A DNA stretch of 64,000 bases from contig JACZXW010000003.1 of NCBI GenBank assembly GCA_022571415.1, positions 834 to 64,833 on the forward strand. The letters run 5' to 3'. The notes under the pieces are model-generated. The model had not been told where the DNA came from and searched no databases. It worked only from the letters and a program-made list of their open reading frames with translations. Source of the stretch: Pseudomonadota bacterium (GTDB taxonomy: Bacteria > Pseudomonadota > Gammaproteobacteria > Pseudomonadales > Azotimanducaceae). How positions within the stretch are numbered: position 1 is the first letter of the stretch; each line of letters opens with the position of its first letter. Below, piece after piece: positions 9,074-19,330 of this stretch. The position numbers were made by a program, and so were the translations under genes.

Positions 9074-9579
9074 GCTACATCCTCCCCAAGGTTAACGGCC
9101 GAGGATGGTGTCGCCGCGTTGTCGTAGGTGGCAGCGCTGTGGATCGCCTTGCGAATACGATTGTAAGTACCACACCGACAATAGTTACCCACCATGGCCG
9201 CATCTATATCCGCGTCGGTAGGTCTGGGTTTTACCTCAAGCAAGGCGGCGGCAGACATGATCTGGCCTGCCTGACAGTAACCGCACTGTGGTACATCCAG
9301 ATCGATCCACGCCTGCTGTAGCGGGTGCAGATCAGTACCCTCAGCTAGACCCTCAATGGTGCGAACAGACTGTCCCGAAATATCGGAGACGCGAACTAAA
9401 CAGGATCGAGTGGGCGTGCCGTTAATGTGAACGGTGCAGGCACCGCACTGGGCGATACCACAGCCGTACTTGGTTCCCACAAGACCCAGTACATCGCGCA
9501 GAGCCCATAACAGCGGCATTTCCGGATCGACATCAAGCTCCTCATCCTTGCCGTTCACTTTTAGTTGATATCTGGCCAT
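9070..9579 (-). CDS. (2Fe-2S)-binding small subunit (IorA-like)
   Basis: [33 protein letters not shown] and CRCGTY motifs. The start is taken at [10 protein letters not shown], which has GAGGGG upstream; the ORF track extends to 9594. Confidence 0.9.
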   Translation of the reverse strand: MARYQLKVNGKDEELDVDPEMPLLWALRDVLGLVGTKYGCGIAQCGACTVHINGTPTRSCLVRVSDISGQSVRTIEGLAEGTDLHPLQQAWIDLDVPQCGYCQAGQIMSAAALLEVKPRPTDADIDAAMVGNYCRCGTYNRIRKAIHSAATYDNAATPSSAVNLGEDVA

Positions 9580-9685
9580 AAGACTTCCCCTCATTTCATG
9601 TCATCAGTGTACTGTCGTAAGGCGAGGAATGGTACATAGGGCTATGATGAAAAAAGACGGTCGTTATCGCTCCATCCGGAATCAA

Positions 9686-10483
9686 TCAGGACCGGATACC
9701 TCTCGCTTTCCTGCCTCGGTAGCTCGAATCAATCAACCGTTTGGGATGAACACCATCGACAAAACCCATGAACCCGGGCGCCCTCACACTGTAGCCCAGA
9801 AGCGCCTGAACCCGGTCCGAGTACTGCGCGGCTTTATTCGGCGGTACCGCTAACACCATGGTTTCCAGCTGTCGCAGCCACGGCTGGCAATACTGTGGTG
9901 TAATGGCCAGACGCGGCTTATCGGAGTGGTTGGCGCCACCTCGGTGGTACAAAGAGCTGCTGAAAATGAACACCGATCCCTTCGGCATCACCGCTTTCAC
10001 TACCCTGGCGTCATCTTCAGCCGGACGTTCGTCGGTCCAGGAGTGGCTATTTGGAATGAATTCCGTAGCACCATTGGTATCGGTAAAGTCATCAAGGTTC
10101 CAGACCGTGCTGATACCATGATGCCTGGTGGGGTCTGCTCCATCACCGCCCACATTATCTCGATGAAAGTTTTGTCTGGTTTCACCGGGGTGAGTGTTTA
10201 TAGCCAGATTTGCAGACAATAAATAATCCGCCTCAAGCAGTTCATCAATGATTGCCAGCGCGCAAGGATGTTCAACTACCTTTGCCAACACAGGATCTTT
10301 TGCCAGAAGCGCATAGACTCGTTCCGTATCGTAACCCTCAAAGTTATTCCGGCCCTTTCGTTTTCCTTGTAACCAGGGTGAAAGCGCAATCTTCAGTCCT
10401 TCAACTTCGGCTTCGCTCAACACAGATTCAATAATCGTGTAGCCGTTTCCCCTGATTTGGCGAACGTGATCTGAAATATCCAT
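9686..10483 (-). CDS. phytanoyl-CoA dioxygenase (PhyH) family protein
   Basis: 265 aa. The N-terminus (IRGNGYTIIESVLSEAEVEGL) and the H.D...H-type core (FHRDNVGG ... LYHRGGANHS) resemble the PhyH family. Confidence 0.75.
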   Translation of the reverse strand: MDISDHVRQIRGNGYTIIESVLSEAEVEGLKIALSPWLQGKRKGRNNFEGYDTERVYALLAKDPVLAKVVEHPCALAIIDELLEADYLLSANLAINTHPGETRQNFHRDNVGGDGADPTRHHGISTVWNLDDFTDTNGATEFIPNSHSWTDERPAEDDARVVKAVMPKGSVFIFSSSLYHRGGANHSDKPRLAITPQYCQPWLRQLETMVLAVPPNKAAQYSDRVQALLGYSVRAPGFMGFVDGVHPKRLIDSSYRGRKARGIRS

Positions 10484-10710
10484 CTGCGCACCTTCGATCT
10501 GTTTTGAATCCTAAAGCCGTGCTGACCCCATGAAGCCTGGCCGGACCTCCCCATCACCGCCTCAATCTCAACCTACATGCCGGGCACTACAAGACCAGTG
10601 CTGGTACTGCCGTGTGCACCGCTAAAACAGGTGTTTTTCTGTACCCAAGTATCGTGTATACACTTCCGTAAAACCTTAAAAAAGACTTGCAGCTTTCTCT
10701 GTCCGGGTGA

Positions 10711-12114
10711 TTAGTGGTTGAATCGCGCTATATAGGTAACTGTCTGTTCTGCGCCTTTGGGCAGTTTTAAAGTATAAGCCACTGTGGCGCTGTCTAACTT
10801 TTGACCTTTGTGGCTCTCCTGGATGATGATCCAGTCACCGTTAAGCTTTTCTTTCACTACCAACTCGATCGCCTTGTCCTTGTGATTCTTCACTGTAATT
10901 GAGTAGCCTACTTCTACACCACGGTTCCCGAGCCGCCGGTATTCTGTCTGTTTTCTAATCGCAGTCACATCAAAAGCCCGCCCAACTTTAATCACGATGT
11001 CAGAGTTAACGGGAGTGTGTTGCACCCGGTCTTCACCCGCAAGTTGTAAAATACCCTCACTATCTGCTTTATAAACTCGTACTTTGCCTGCAGGTAGCGG
11101 TACATTGAGGTTATTTTTGCGTGTATTTCTGAAAGCCAGGATGACATCGGCTTTAAGATTCTGCATGCCCTGGGCCTGGTAGAGCACCACTTCGTTTTGC
11201 AGAACATAAGATTTTTCAATATCAATACCCTTGGCAGCCATCAGCCTCACTTGTTTTACCGAATTGGCTTCTAGCGTGGTGCGTCTTGGAAAATCATAAA
11301 CATGATACTCAAAGAATGACTGTCTACCGGGGACAACGGCTGCGAATTCCTGCGCTTCCAGAGTCGCTCTGTGTGCCATGACAGGTCGGCTCCTGATCCT
11401 TTGCACGTCTCCTGCAACCAGTTTTAGCTTGGCGTTCCTGTAGGCGGCGCCACTCTGGTTGACCAGCGTTACCCAACCATCCAGGTCTGCTTTAGACTCA
11501 TCGTTATTTAAGGTCAATATGTAATCTGTCTGCCACGATACATTTTCAGTGAGATAGGAAATTTGCAGGCCTTGCCGGTCCTGGACAGAATTTTCCATGG
11601 TCCATAGCAGTGTGGGGGTCGTGATGAGGTCATCCGGCAGATAGGCCAGCGAAATGATGCCTTCTGGTTCAATCTCGATTTCATCGCCAAATCTGACAAT
11701 TTCGGGATTAATCGACAGCAGGACGCCTTCACGAAGCATCTTCTCGTAACGGGTCCCTTCCAGCACGCTTCTGGAATATTTAAGTTTCCGACCGAGGAAT
11801 CTCTCCAGCAGCGTTTGTTTGTTTAACAAATCGTAACGATAACTTTGCTCGAAAACCTGCAGTCCTCTTTCATCTGCGGCAGATATCACTAGCACAGATG
11901 AAGGGTCAATACTCCGGGCGACATCCCTGAATTCGAGTTCAAATTCACCAATCGGCAGCAGGACATCCCGTTTTTCACGGATGATCGCAAAGTTGCCATT
12001 GTAAATCGTGACACTGACGTCAACCTGTTGTTCATCGCCCACGACTATTCGCTGACCCGCGGCAAGTGAAACCGAGAAATAGCAACAAATGATTATCTTT
12101 AACGTCCTGATCAT
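10711..12114 (-). CDS. secreted DUF4139-like protein
   Basis: 467 aa with an N-terminal signal-like hydrophobic segment. The N-terminal pattern VSVTIYNGNFAIIREKR and the overall length recall DUF4139/DUF4140 proteins. This call is from memory only. Confidence 0.55.
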   Translation of the reverse strand: MIRTLKIIICCYFSVSLAAGQRIVVGDEQQVDVSVTIYNGNFAIIREKRDVLLPIGEFELEFRDVARSIDPSSVLVISAADERGLQVFEQSYRYDLLNKQTLLERFLGRKLKYSRSVLEGTRYEKMLREGVLLSINPEIVRFGDEIEIEPEGIISLAYLPDDLITTPTLLWTMENSVQDRQGLQISYLTENVSWQTDYILTLNNDESKADLDGWVTLVNQSGAAYRNAKLKLVAGDVQRIRSRPVMAHRATLEAQEFAAVVPGRQSFFEYHVYDFPRRTTLEANSVKQVRLMAAKGIDIEKSYVLQNEVVLYQAQGMQNLKADVILAFRNTRKNNLNVPLPAGKVRVYKADSEGILQLAGEDRVQHTPVNSDIVIKVGRAFDVTAIRKQTEYRRLGNRGVEVGYSITVKNHKDKAIELVVKEKLNGDWIIIQESHKGQKLDSATVAYTLKLPKGAEQTVTYIARFNH

Positions 12115-12268
12115 CCAGGATTCATCCTACGCTGAAGCACCCAGTCGCCAAGGGTATCACACTCCCTGCCTTGCGCCCTCAAGGTAGGGTTAAGCATTGT
12201 TCCAACCTCAAAAGTGTGATTTATTAACTTTGTAATCCCAGCTGCCTTGGTGCCAAATACAGACAATT

Positions 12269-12736
12269 ATGACCTTGTATTCACTCACTTTGAACGGACA
12301 ACAGCGTACAGTAGACGCTGACGGCGAGACCAGTCTGTTGCAACTGCTGCGCAACGAATTCTGTCTCAACAGTTTAAAGTATGGCTGCGGTACGGAGCAG
12401 TGCGGTGCTTGTCGCGTACTTGTTGACGGCGAAGTCACCTGTGCCTGCACTCGAACCCTGGCGGAATCCAGCGGCACTGACGTCGTTACCGTCGAAGGAC
12501 TGTCAGAAGATCGCCAGCTGCATCCGTTACAAAGGAGCTTCCTGGATCTGAACGCCGGACAGTGCGGATACTGCCTGAGCGGGATACTGATCACTGCCTA
12601 CAAATTATTGCAGACGAACAGCAATCCGGACAGGTCAGAAATTGCCGCTGCCCTCAAGGACAACCTCTGCCGTTGTGGTGCCCACAATCGAATTATTGCT
12701 GCAATTGAAGCTAGCGCGAGCATGACCGATGAGTAG
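12269..12736 (+). CDS. (2Fe-2S)-binding small subunit of a second IorAB-like oxidoreductase
   Basis: GCGTEQCGACRVLVDGEVTCAC, QCGYCLSGILIT and CRCGAHNRI motifs. Confidence 0.9.
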   Translation: MTLYSLTLNGQQRTVDADGETSLLQLLRNEFCLNSLKYGCGTEQCGACRVLVDGEVTCACTRTLAESSGTDVVTVEGLSEDRQLHPLQRSFLDLNAGQCGYCLSGILITAYKLLQTNSNPDRSEIAAALKDNLCRCGAHNRIIAAIEASASMTDE

Positions 12737-14879
12737 TGAATTACCCGAAGCTTTGCAGCGCAACCCTCTGCTCTCCACCTGGCTGCGGTTCGACAATGAA
12801 AAAGTGCAGGTGCAAACGGGAAAAGTGGAATTAGGCCAGGGAATATCGACCGCCCTCGCCATGATCGCTGCTGAAGAACTCGATGTCTCCCTTGATCAGA
12901 TTGATATTCAGACAGGCAGGACCGATTCCGGTCCCAATGAATTCATGACGGCGGGTAGTATGTCCATCGAAGGAAGTGGCAGCGCGGTTCGCCAGGCTTG
13001 CGCAGATGCGCGAGCGCATTTTTTGAATCAGGCTGCCGGCTTGTTCGATGTCAGCCCCGAGGTGCTATCCATCTGCGACGGCGTCATTTCAAACCCGAAT
13101 GGCAACGAGCAGATTTCCTATTGGCAACTGCTTGATGGCAGCCAGCTGGATTTTGAAGCTAACGGGGAAGCTAAGCTGAAAGCAACTGGGCAGTACAAGC
13201 TGGTTGGTTATTCCACCACCCGCATCGACCTGTTAGCAAAGCTCACCGGCGAAACCGCGTTTATCCAGGATCTCAGATTCGAAAACGCAATGCATGCGAG
13301 GATTGTTCGTCCTCCGGGCATGGCATTTAGTCTCTCTTCCCTGGACGCCAGTCGCGTTGAATCAATGCCCGGTGTCTGCAAGGTGGTTATAGATGGTAAT
13401 TTTATCGGCGTCATCGCCGAAAACGAATTCACAGCGGTAGAGGCGAGAAAGAAACTGCATCAACTGGCCCGGTGGAAAACCAACCAGGCAGACAGGTTGC
13501 CGCCAGATGTCCCACGATTCCTGAAGGAAAATGTCGATGAAAGTTTGCTGGTCGTCGATGGCACCCCAACCGATTCCAGTATCCCACCGCTACTCGACGC
13601 AGCCGGTGGAATCCACTGCAGGGCAACTTACTTCAAGCCCTATCATCTCCATGGTTCAATCGGTCCCTCCGCCGCTATCGCTGAGTTTCGAGATAACCAC
13701 TTGATCATCCACTCCCACAGCCAGGGTCCTCATGTTATTCGAGCAGCCATTGCCCAGGCGCTGGGCATGGACCTCGATCAGGTCACCGTTATTCACGCTG
13801 AGAATGCCGGTTGCTACGGGCACAATGGTGCCGATGATGCAGCCATGGACGCCGCCATGCTGGCTCGCCATTACCCCGGGCACCCTATTTTTCTGCAATG
13901 GCAACGACAGGACGAACACCGGTGGGAACCGTTTAGCCCGGCAATGTTGATAGAACTGGACGCTTGTGTCATAGACGGTTCAATCAGGTTCTGGAATGCC
14001 GACATCTACAGTCAGACCCACATGGGCAGGCCGATTCCTTTCGGCAGTGTGACCAATCTCGTTGCCGCGTGGCAGAAGGCAGATCCGATGCCACGCGCCG
14101 AAGCGCGACCTGGCATTGTATTTCATGGTGGCATTCACAGAAATGCCGATCCCTGCTATCAAATTCCTGAAAAAAGGATCGTCAAGAATCTTGTTAAGGA
14201 CCAGAAGGTAAGAACGTCTTCGACACGCTCTCTCGGCGCCTTTGCTAATGTATTTGCCATCGAATCATTTATGAACGAACTGGCATATGCATCCGGCCAG
14301 GATGCTGTGCAATTCCGGCTCAACCACCTGCGGGATGATCGAGCCAGGGCGGTCATAATAAGCATGGCTGCGCGCCTGAGAGGATATCGGCTAAAGGAAC
14401 GTGACGGATGGCTATATGGCCGTGGAATCGCCTTCGCCCGATATAAGAACAGTAAATGCTATGCCGCTGTGGGTGTCATCCTGTGCATCAACCAGGAAAC
14501 TTTTGAAATCAGCCTGGTGCACGCGGTCATTTCAGCCGATGCCGGGCAGGTTATCGATAAAGACGGACTAACGAATCAATTGGAGGGCGGATTTATCCAG
14601 GCGGCAAGCTGGACCCTGAAGGAAGCTGTGCTATTCGGCGAATATGCATCTATCAGTGACGACTGGGAGAGCTACCCGATTCTCACCTTCCCGGAAATTC
14701 CCACGGTAGAAACGCTCATCCTTGATCAACCCCAGGAACCGAGCCTTGGTGCAGGAGAAGCGACCCAGGGGCCGACTCCGGCAGCAATCAGCAACGCCAT
14801 TTTCGACGCAACCGGCATTCGCATCCGCGAGATACCTTTTCTTCCTGAGAAACTAAGAAGCCTGGCGCTTAAAGATTAG
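12729..14879 (+). CDS. molybdopterin-binding large subunit (aldehyde oxidase/xanthine dehydrogenase family), no Tat signal seen
   Basis: 716 aa. The start overlaps the small-subunit gene by 8 nt. VELGQGISTALAMIAAEEL and GAGEATQGPTPAAISNAIFDATGIRIR are typical of this family. Confidence 0.85.
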   Translation: MSSELPEALQRNPLLSTWLRFDNEKVQVQTGKVELGQGISTALAMIAAEELDVSLDQIDIQTGRTDSGPNEFMTAGSMSIEGSGSAVRQACADARAHFLNQAAGLFDVSPEVLSICDGVISNPNGNEQISYWQLLDGSQLDFEANGEAKLKATGQYKLVGYSTTRIDLLAKLTGETAFIQDLRFENAMHARIVRPPGMAFSLSSLDASRVESMPGVCKVVIDGNFIGVIAENEFTAVEARKKLHQLARWKTNQADRLPPDVPRFLKENVDESLLVVDGTPTDSSIPPLLDAAGGIHCRATYFKPYHLHGSIGPSAAIAEFRDNHLIIHSHSQGPHVIRAAIAQALGMDLDQVTVIHAENAGCYGHNGADDAAMDAAMLARHYPGHPIFLQWQRQDEHRWEPFSPAMLIELDACVIDGSIRFWNADIYSQTHMGRPIPFGSVTNLVAAWQKADPMPRAEARPGIVFHGGIHRNADPCYQIPEKRIVKNLVKDQKVRTSSTRSLGAFANVFAIESFMNELAYASGQDAVQFRLNHLRDDRARAVIISMAARLRGYRLKERDGWLYGRGIAFARYKNSKCYAAVGVILCINQETFEISLVHAVISADAGQVIDKDGLTNQLEGGFIQAASWTLKEAVLFGEYASISDDWESYPILTFPEIPTVETLILDQPQEPSLGAGEATQGPTPAAISNAIFDATGIRIREIPFLPEKLRSLALKD

Positions 14880-14883
14880 AAGA

Positions 14884-14939
14884 GGGACAGTATACTTGAC
14901 TCACTCTCTATGAAGATCAGGAATTAAGTATACTGTCCC
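14884..14939. promoter_or_regulatory. perfect 14-bp inverted repeat (GGGACAGTATACTT / AAGTATACTGTCCC) with a 28-nt spacer
   Basis: Read directly from the sequence: arms at 14884..14897 and 14926..14939. Each arm contains the 8-bp palindrome AGTATACT. The 3' arm ends 2 nt before the GGAG Shine-Dalgarno of the 14951 gene. Confidence 0.6.
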
Positions 14940-14950
14940 CGGAGAAACTT

Positions 14951-15799
14951 ATGGCATCAGCAAAATTCAACCGCACGTCGCAGGATGTCGGCAATATCCT
15001 GGCCATGGAACATGTCAATGTCACTGTTCCGGATCAATTGCTGGCAACCTTTTTCTATGTCAACGGACTTGGCTTTACGCGAGATCCCTACATGGATTTC
15101 GGGCCCTTCAATGTCTGGATCAATGTGGGTAACCAGCAATTTCACCTGCCAACGGGTGAACCGCAAGTGCTACGCGGGACAGTTGGCGTGGTCGTCCCCA
15201 GCTTGTCTGAATTAGAAAAGAGGTTAACCCGGGTTGCACGGCGCCTGGAAGACACTCGATTCAAATTCAGGGTGAACAGGGGAACTATTGATGTCACCTG
15301 CCCCTGGGGAAACAGGATCCGCTGTCATCCACCTGGAAAATTCGGTCACATGACCCTGGGTATCCCCTATGTGGAATTCAAAGTGCCACCGCGTACCGCC
15401 ACCGGTATCGCCCGTTTCTACCAACAGGTATTTAGCGTTTCTGCTGTTGCTCGCAAGGGGATCTGTGAGGTCGCTGTTGGTCAGGGTCAGATAATCAGGT
15501 TCAAAGAGTCAGCAAGGCCAGAGGCCCACTACGACGGCCACCACATTGCCATCTATGTGATGAACTTCTCGGGGCCACATAGCTATCTCAAGAAAAAGGG
15601 ACTAATCACAGAGGAGTCAGATGAAAACCAGTACCGGTTCCAGATCATCATTGACCCCAATTCAGGTAAACCGCTTTTCGAAATTGAGCACGAGGTCAGA
15701 AGTCTGCATCACCCCATGTATGGCAGAAATCTGGTAAACCGAAACGCGACCCAATCGTTTTTTGGATACCAGCATGGACGGGACGCATTTAGACCTTAG
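14951..15799 (+). CDS. hypothetical protein (possible VOC/glyoxalase-fold)
   Basis: 282-aa ORF with GGAG upstream. The N-terminal segment MEHVNVTVPDQLLATFFYVNGLGF resembles a VOC beta-alpha-beta-beta-beta start. The family assignment is weak. Confidence 0.3.
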   Translation: MASAKFNRTSQDVGNILAMEHVNVTVPDQLLATFFYVNGLGFTRDPYMDFGPFNVWINVGNQQFHLPTGEPQVLRGTVGVVVPSLSELEKRLTRVARRLEDTRFKFRVNRGTIDVTCPWGNRIRCHPPGKFGHMTLGIPYVEFKVPPRTATGIARFYQQVFSVSAVARKGICEVAVGQGQIIRFKESARPEAHYDGHHIAIYVMNFSGPHSYLKKKGLITEESDENQYRFQIIIDPNSGKPLFEIEHEVRSLHHPMYGRNLVNRNATQSFFGYQHGRDAFRP

Positions 15800-15887
15800 C
15801 TTTTAGGTAATAGTCATACCTCTGCGCCTTGTCCAGGTCTTACCTAAGCAGGTAGAATAGCGCCTTCGTTTTACTGAAGTCTTCTCC

Positions 15888-16499
15888 ATGTCCACACGTA
15901 CCATGCGCCGCGCCTATGGCCTGCGGATTCTCAACGCCAATCACAAAGATATTCGTCGATTAAAACGCGATGGTCACCAGGCTGAGCTCCATGGAAACAA
16001 GTTTTGGAATTCAAGTTTCCTGATAATGGACTACCTCAAGAGAAACCCGTTGAAGAAGAAAACCCGGGTCCTGGAGATTGGTTGTGGCTGGGGGTTGCTC
16101 GGTCTGTATTGCGCAAAGACATTTGGCTGTAAAGTTAGCGGTATTGATGCTGACAAAAACGTACTGCCTTTCCTGCAGCTTCATGCGGATATTAACGGCG
16201 TATCAATGCATGCTGAAAAAAAATCCTTCCACCAACTGACGGTAGACTACCTTAGCCACTTTGATCTTATCCTCGGCGCGGATATTTGTTACTGGGATGA
16301 GATGATCGACGTCCTGATGAACCTCATCGCTCGATCAAAGCGTGCCGGCGTCAAGAAAGTAATCATCGCAGACCCATGCCGGCCTCCATTCAATGACCTG
16401 GCAGTGCGCTGCCAGGATAAATACGAGCAGGTTGAGGTGAAAGAAAAGTTTCTTTCTCGCCCGGTCAATTCATCAGGAGAAATCCTGATTGTCGGCTAA
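15888..16499 (+). CDS. class I SAM-dependent methyltransferase
   Basis: SAM motif I: VLEIGCGWGLLGLYCA. 203 aa. Confidence 0.7.
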   Translation: MSTRTMRRAYGLRILNANHKDIRRLKRDGHQAELHGNKFWNSSFLIMDYLKRNPLKKKTRVLEIGCGWGLLGLYCAKTFGCKVSGIDADKNVLPFLQLHADINGVSMHAEKKSFHQLTVDYLSHFDLILGADICYWDEMIDVLMNLIARSKRAGVKKVIIADPCRPPFNDLAVRCQDKYEQVEVKEKFLSRPVNSSGEILIVG

Positions 16500-17230
16500 C
16501 GCTTTTTGTGCGTTATCGGCACGAAGCGTACGGGAAGTACATCGCGTTCAGTAAAAGTCATATCGATATTTTTTGTGATCACTTTTAGTTGCTGGGCCTC
16601 ATCCTGTGCACCCACCGGCATGACCAATCGAGCCCCTGGCGCCAGTTGATCCAGCAAAGTATCAGGGATATTCAAACCCGCCGCGGTAACAATAATGCCG
16701 TCAAAGGGTGCCTCCTGAGGCCAACCCAACATTCCATCGCCGTAACGAACATGGACATTGTCATAACCAAGAAAGGCTAATCGCGTCTGCGCCTCTCGTG
16801 CGAGATTCGCCACAATTTCTATTGTATAAACTTCACGAACAATTTCAGCAAGCACCGCTGCCTGGTATCCCGAGCCAGTCCCTACTTCCAGGACCTTCGC
16901 GTTAGCATCCACGGCCAAAATTTCAGTCATCAACGCGACGATGAAGGGTTGGGATATCGTTTGCCCATCACCGATAGGCAACGGGTAGTTGCCGTAAGAC
17001 TGTTTTCTCAAGTGTTCAGGCACGAACTCATGGCGTTCAACCTTGCCGATGGCCGCAAGAACCCGCTCGGAAAATTGAGCCTGACCGATATAACGCCTGG
17101 CGTGATACATATCCTGTTTGATTTCTTCAATCATCTGTTCACGCATTTGTCGCCACTCACTTTCCTCGGCAATGATGGATGCCGGTAACAGTTGAAAAAT
17201 CAACAAAATCACTGGCAGGATGTGTTTCAT
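16496..17230 (-). CDS. pcm: protein-L-isoaspartate O-methyltransferase (with signal-like N-terminus)
   Basis: [13 protein letters not shown] and [18 protein letters not shown] match Pcm signatures. The N-terminus is hydrophobic. Confidence 0.85.
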   Translation of the reverse strand: MKHILPVILLIFQLLPASIIAEESEWRQMREQMIEEIKQDMYHARRYIGQAQFSERVLAAIGKVERHEFVPEHLRKQSYGNYPLPIGDGQTISQPFIVALMTEILAVDANAKVLEVGTGSGYQAAVLAEIVREVYTIEIVANLAREAQTRLAFLGYDNVHVRYGDGMLGWPQEAPFDGIIVTAAGLNIPDTLLDQLAPGARLVMPVGAQDEAQQLKVITKNIDMTFTERDVLPVRFVPITHKKR

Positions 17231-17307
17231 TAAATTGCCTATCCGTATCTAGTCGCCTGATTTTTCATGTTATCATTTTCTCTGCAATTAACGATAAAAA
17301 CAGCCTA

Positions 17308-17637
17308 ATGATCATCACCACAACGAACAATATCGAAGGACGAAAGATCAGCAAGTACCTCGGTATCGTCACGGGTGAGGCAATTCTCGGTGCAAATATA
17401 TTCCGTGATATGTTTGCAGCAGTGAGGGACATTGTCGGCGGACGTAGCGCCTCCTACGAAAGGGAATTGGGAAAAGCCAGGGAAATTGCTCTCGATGAAC
17501 TGGAAGATTGGGCAGAAGAACTCGGCGCCAATGCCGTGATCGGCGTGGATCTGGACTACGAAAGTTTTGGTAAGACCAACGGTATGATGATGGTCAGCGC
17601 TACCGGTACTGCAGTAATCCTCGAGGATAATGCGTGA
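17308..17637 (+). CDS. YbjQ/UPF0145-family protein
   Basis: [47 protein letters not shown]... is typical of the YbjQ family. The ATG at 17308 is chosen; the longer ORF-track start at 17179 overlaps pcm. Confidence 0.8.
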   Translation: MIITTTNNIEGRKISKYLGIVTGEAILGANIFRDMFAAVRDIVGGRSASYERELGKAREIALDELEDWAEELGANAVIGVDLDYESFGKTNGMMMVSATGTAVILEDNA

Positions 17638-17645
17638 ACTTGTCG

Positions 17646-18869
17646 TCAAACAAACCACTCATCCGGCATTGAGTCGTGAATAATTTTAGAGAGGCCGAAA
17701 GCCTGAATACCGGCTTTTTTGCAAACTGATTCTGCAAAGTTTGAAGGCCGGGCGCTACGCACCAAAACTTTTGCGTTCGGATATTTCTTTTTCAGCCAAA
17801 GTGCAGTTCGCAGGTTTTCATCATCCACACCAGTCGCAATCAGCACCAGCGGCTCCGTCTCACGCTTATCGAGTAGATGTTCCAGCTGTCGCCACACTTC
17901 AGGATGCCCGATTTCGCCTTGCAACACGTGCAGGTTAATGTCTTTGGGAATTTCCTTATGCTCTTTCGCCACCAGGATACGGCGGTGCGCGTCAACATCG
18001 ATAATGCCAATATCAGATATTTCGTCACCGGCCAGTTCCAGCAATTCTTCCAGTATCGTCTGTCCAAAGCGACCGAAACCTGCCAAAACGACTGTGTCCA
18101 GATAACCGGTGGCTTTAAAATGCGCCATCATGTCATTTTTGACCAGATACTGGGCCGCAAGGTGGTTACTGTTGAACGTAATGCAATCTTCAACCACCCG
18201 GGATGACCTCAACATACGCATAAACCGTAAACGATTGCAGTGTACGACCATGTGCCGACCAAGATCCGGTTGCAGATCCAGTATCTTGCTCGCTGCCTCA
18301 AAATTATCGAAATCTATCTCGCTGGCTAATATGACTCGCCGAACTCGAGAAAGTCGTAACGTCGACAGGAAGAATTCGTTGGTAAAGTCCCCGATTAAGA
18401 CTTTTGCCCCGTAGCGTTCACTGAATTCCATGGCCCGGGATCTGCTGATTTCCCTTTCGACAATCACCACTGGTATTTCCGGGTTCAGTTTCTTCAGTTT
18501 TTCCAGGAGAATCTGCGCCACATCACCAGCGCCTATCAACACCACGTGACGATTCATTTTTCGCAGCCATCTGTCCTGATTACTGACTACCTGATGGACC
18601 CAGTCGACGATTGTTGAACCCGTGAGAAGCGGCGCGCCAAAATAACTAATCCACAGCAATGCCTGACCCCACCAGGGACCCGACACAGGTACACCAAGAT
18701 CCAACCCCCCCAGTATAAACAGGCCCAAGGCGTAATACATCTTGGCAACAAAACTGACATCAATTAGATCCCGCTCACTGACTTCGACGCCAGACTGAAA
18801 TCCGGCTAAACCACAGCAGAATACGAACAGCGCCAGCGCCCAGCGCCAATGCAGCACCGGAGCAATCAT
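17646..18869 (-). CDS. membrane protein with two TrkA-N/RCK-type NAD-binding domains
   Basis: N-terminal TM helices followed by two Rossmann motifs (VVLIGAGDVAQ and VVLAGFGRFGQ). The start is placed at MIAPVLHW (18869) to avoid overlap with the upstream gene. Confidence 0.65.
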   Translation of the reverse strand: MIAPVLHWRWALALFVFCCGLAGFQSGVEVSERDLIDVSFVAKMYYALGLFILGGLDLGVPVSGPWWGQALLWISYFGAPLLTGSTIVDWVHQVVSNQDRWLRKMNRHVVLIGAGDVAQILLEKLKKLNPEIPVVIVEREISRSRAMEFSERYGAKVLIGDFTNEFFLSTLRLSRVRRVILASEIDFDNFEAASKILDLQPDLGRHMVVHCNRLRFMRMLRSSRVVEDCITFNSNHLAAQYLVKNDMMAHFKATGYLDTVVLAGFGRFGQTILEELLELAGDEISDIGIIDVDAHRRILVAKEHKEIPKDINLHVLQGEIGHPEVWRQLEHLLDKRETEPLVLIATGVDDENLRTALWLKKKYPNAKVLVRSARPSNFAESVCKKAGIQAFGLSKIIHDSMPDEWFV

Positions 18870-18901
18870 GTCCTTGATATCACTACTGTTCACTTGGGTT
18901 G

Positions 18902-19330
18902 CTAACGCTTGGCGCTCAAAGGAGTGGAGGCAAGAAAACCGTCCAACATCAACAGCATTAACAGAACCAGAGCACCGCACCCAGGCAGGACAAACGCCTG
19001 AATCGATTGCACTGGAATACGAAACAGATCTTGAGCCCCCAGGTAATGCGTAGAAAATATCATCAGCCCGACGCCTGCAATAAACGACAACAATCCTATC
19101 AAGGCAGACTGAAATATTGCACCCGACCTCGCTCGCTCAATTTTTACCTCCAGTATTCGTTGCATAACCTGGTCAGGAAAATTGCTATGTAGTCTTGCTT
19201 CATAGGTTCCAAGATGCCGATAGAGCGTACTGTATCCATTGCCATTCACAGGCAGGGGACTACCCTGGGACAACAGATGGTCCAGTTTATCTTGCTCACT
19301 GTTTTCAACACTGATGCCATCGTCAGTCAC
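18902..19330 (-). CDS. putative membrane anti-sigma factor
   Basis: 142 aa with two TM helices. Its GTG start overlaps the TGA of the ECF sigma gene (GTGA). No zf-HC2 motif, so the call rests on position only. Confidence 0.35.
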   Translation of the reverse strand: MTDDGISVENSEQDKLDHLLSQGSPLPVNGNGYSTLYRHLGTYEARLHSNFPDQVMQRILEVKIERARSGAIFQSALIGLLSFIAGVGLMIFSTHYLGAQDLFRIPVQSIQAFVLPGCGALVLLMLLMLDGFLASTPLSAKR

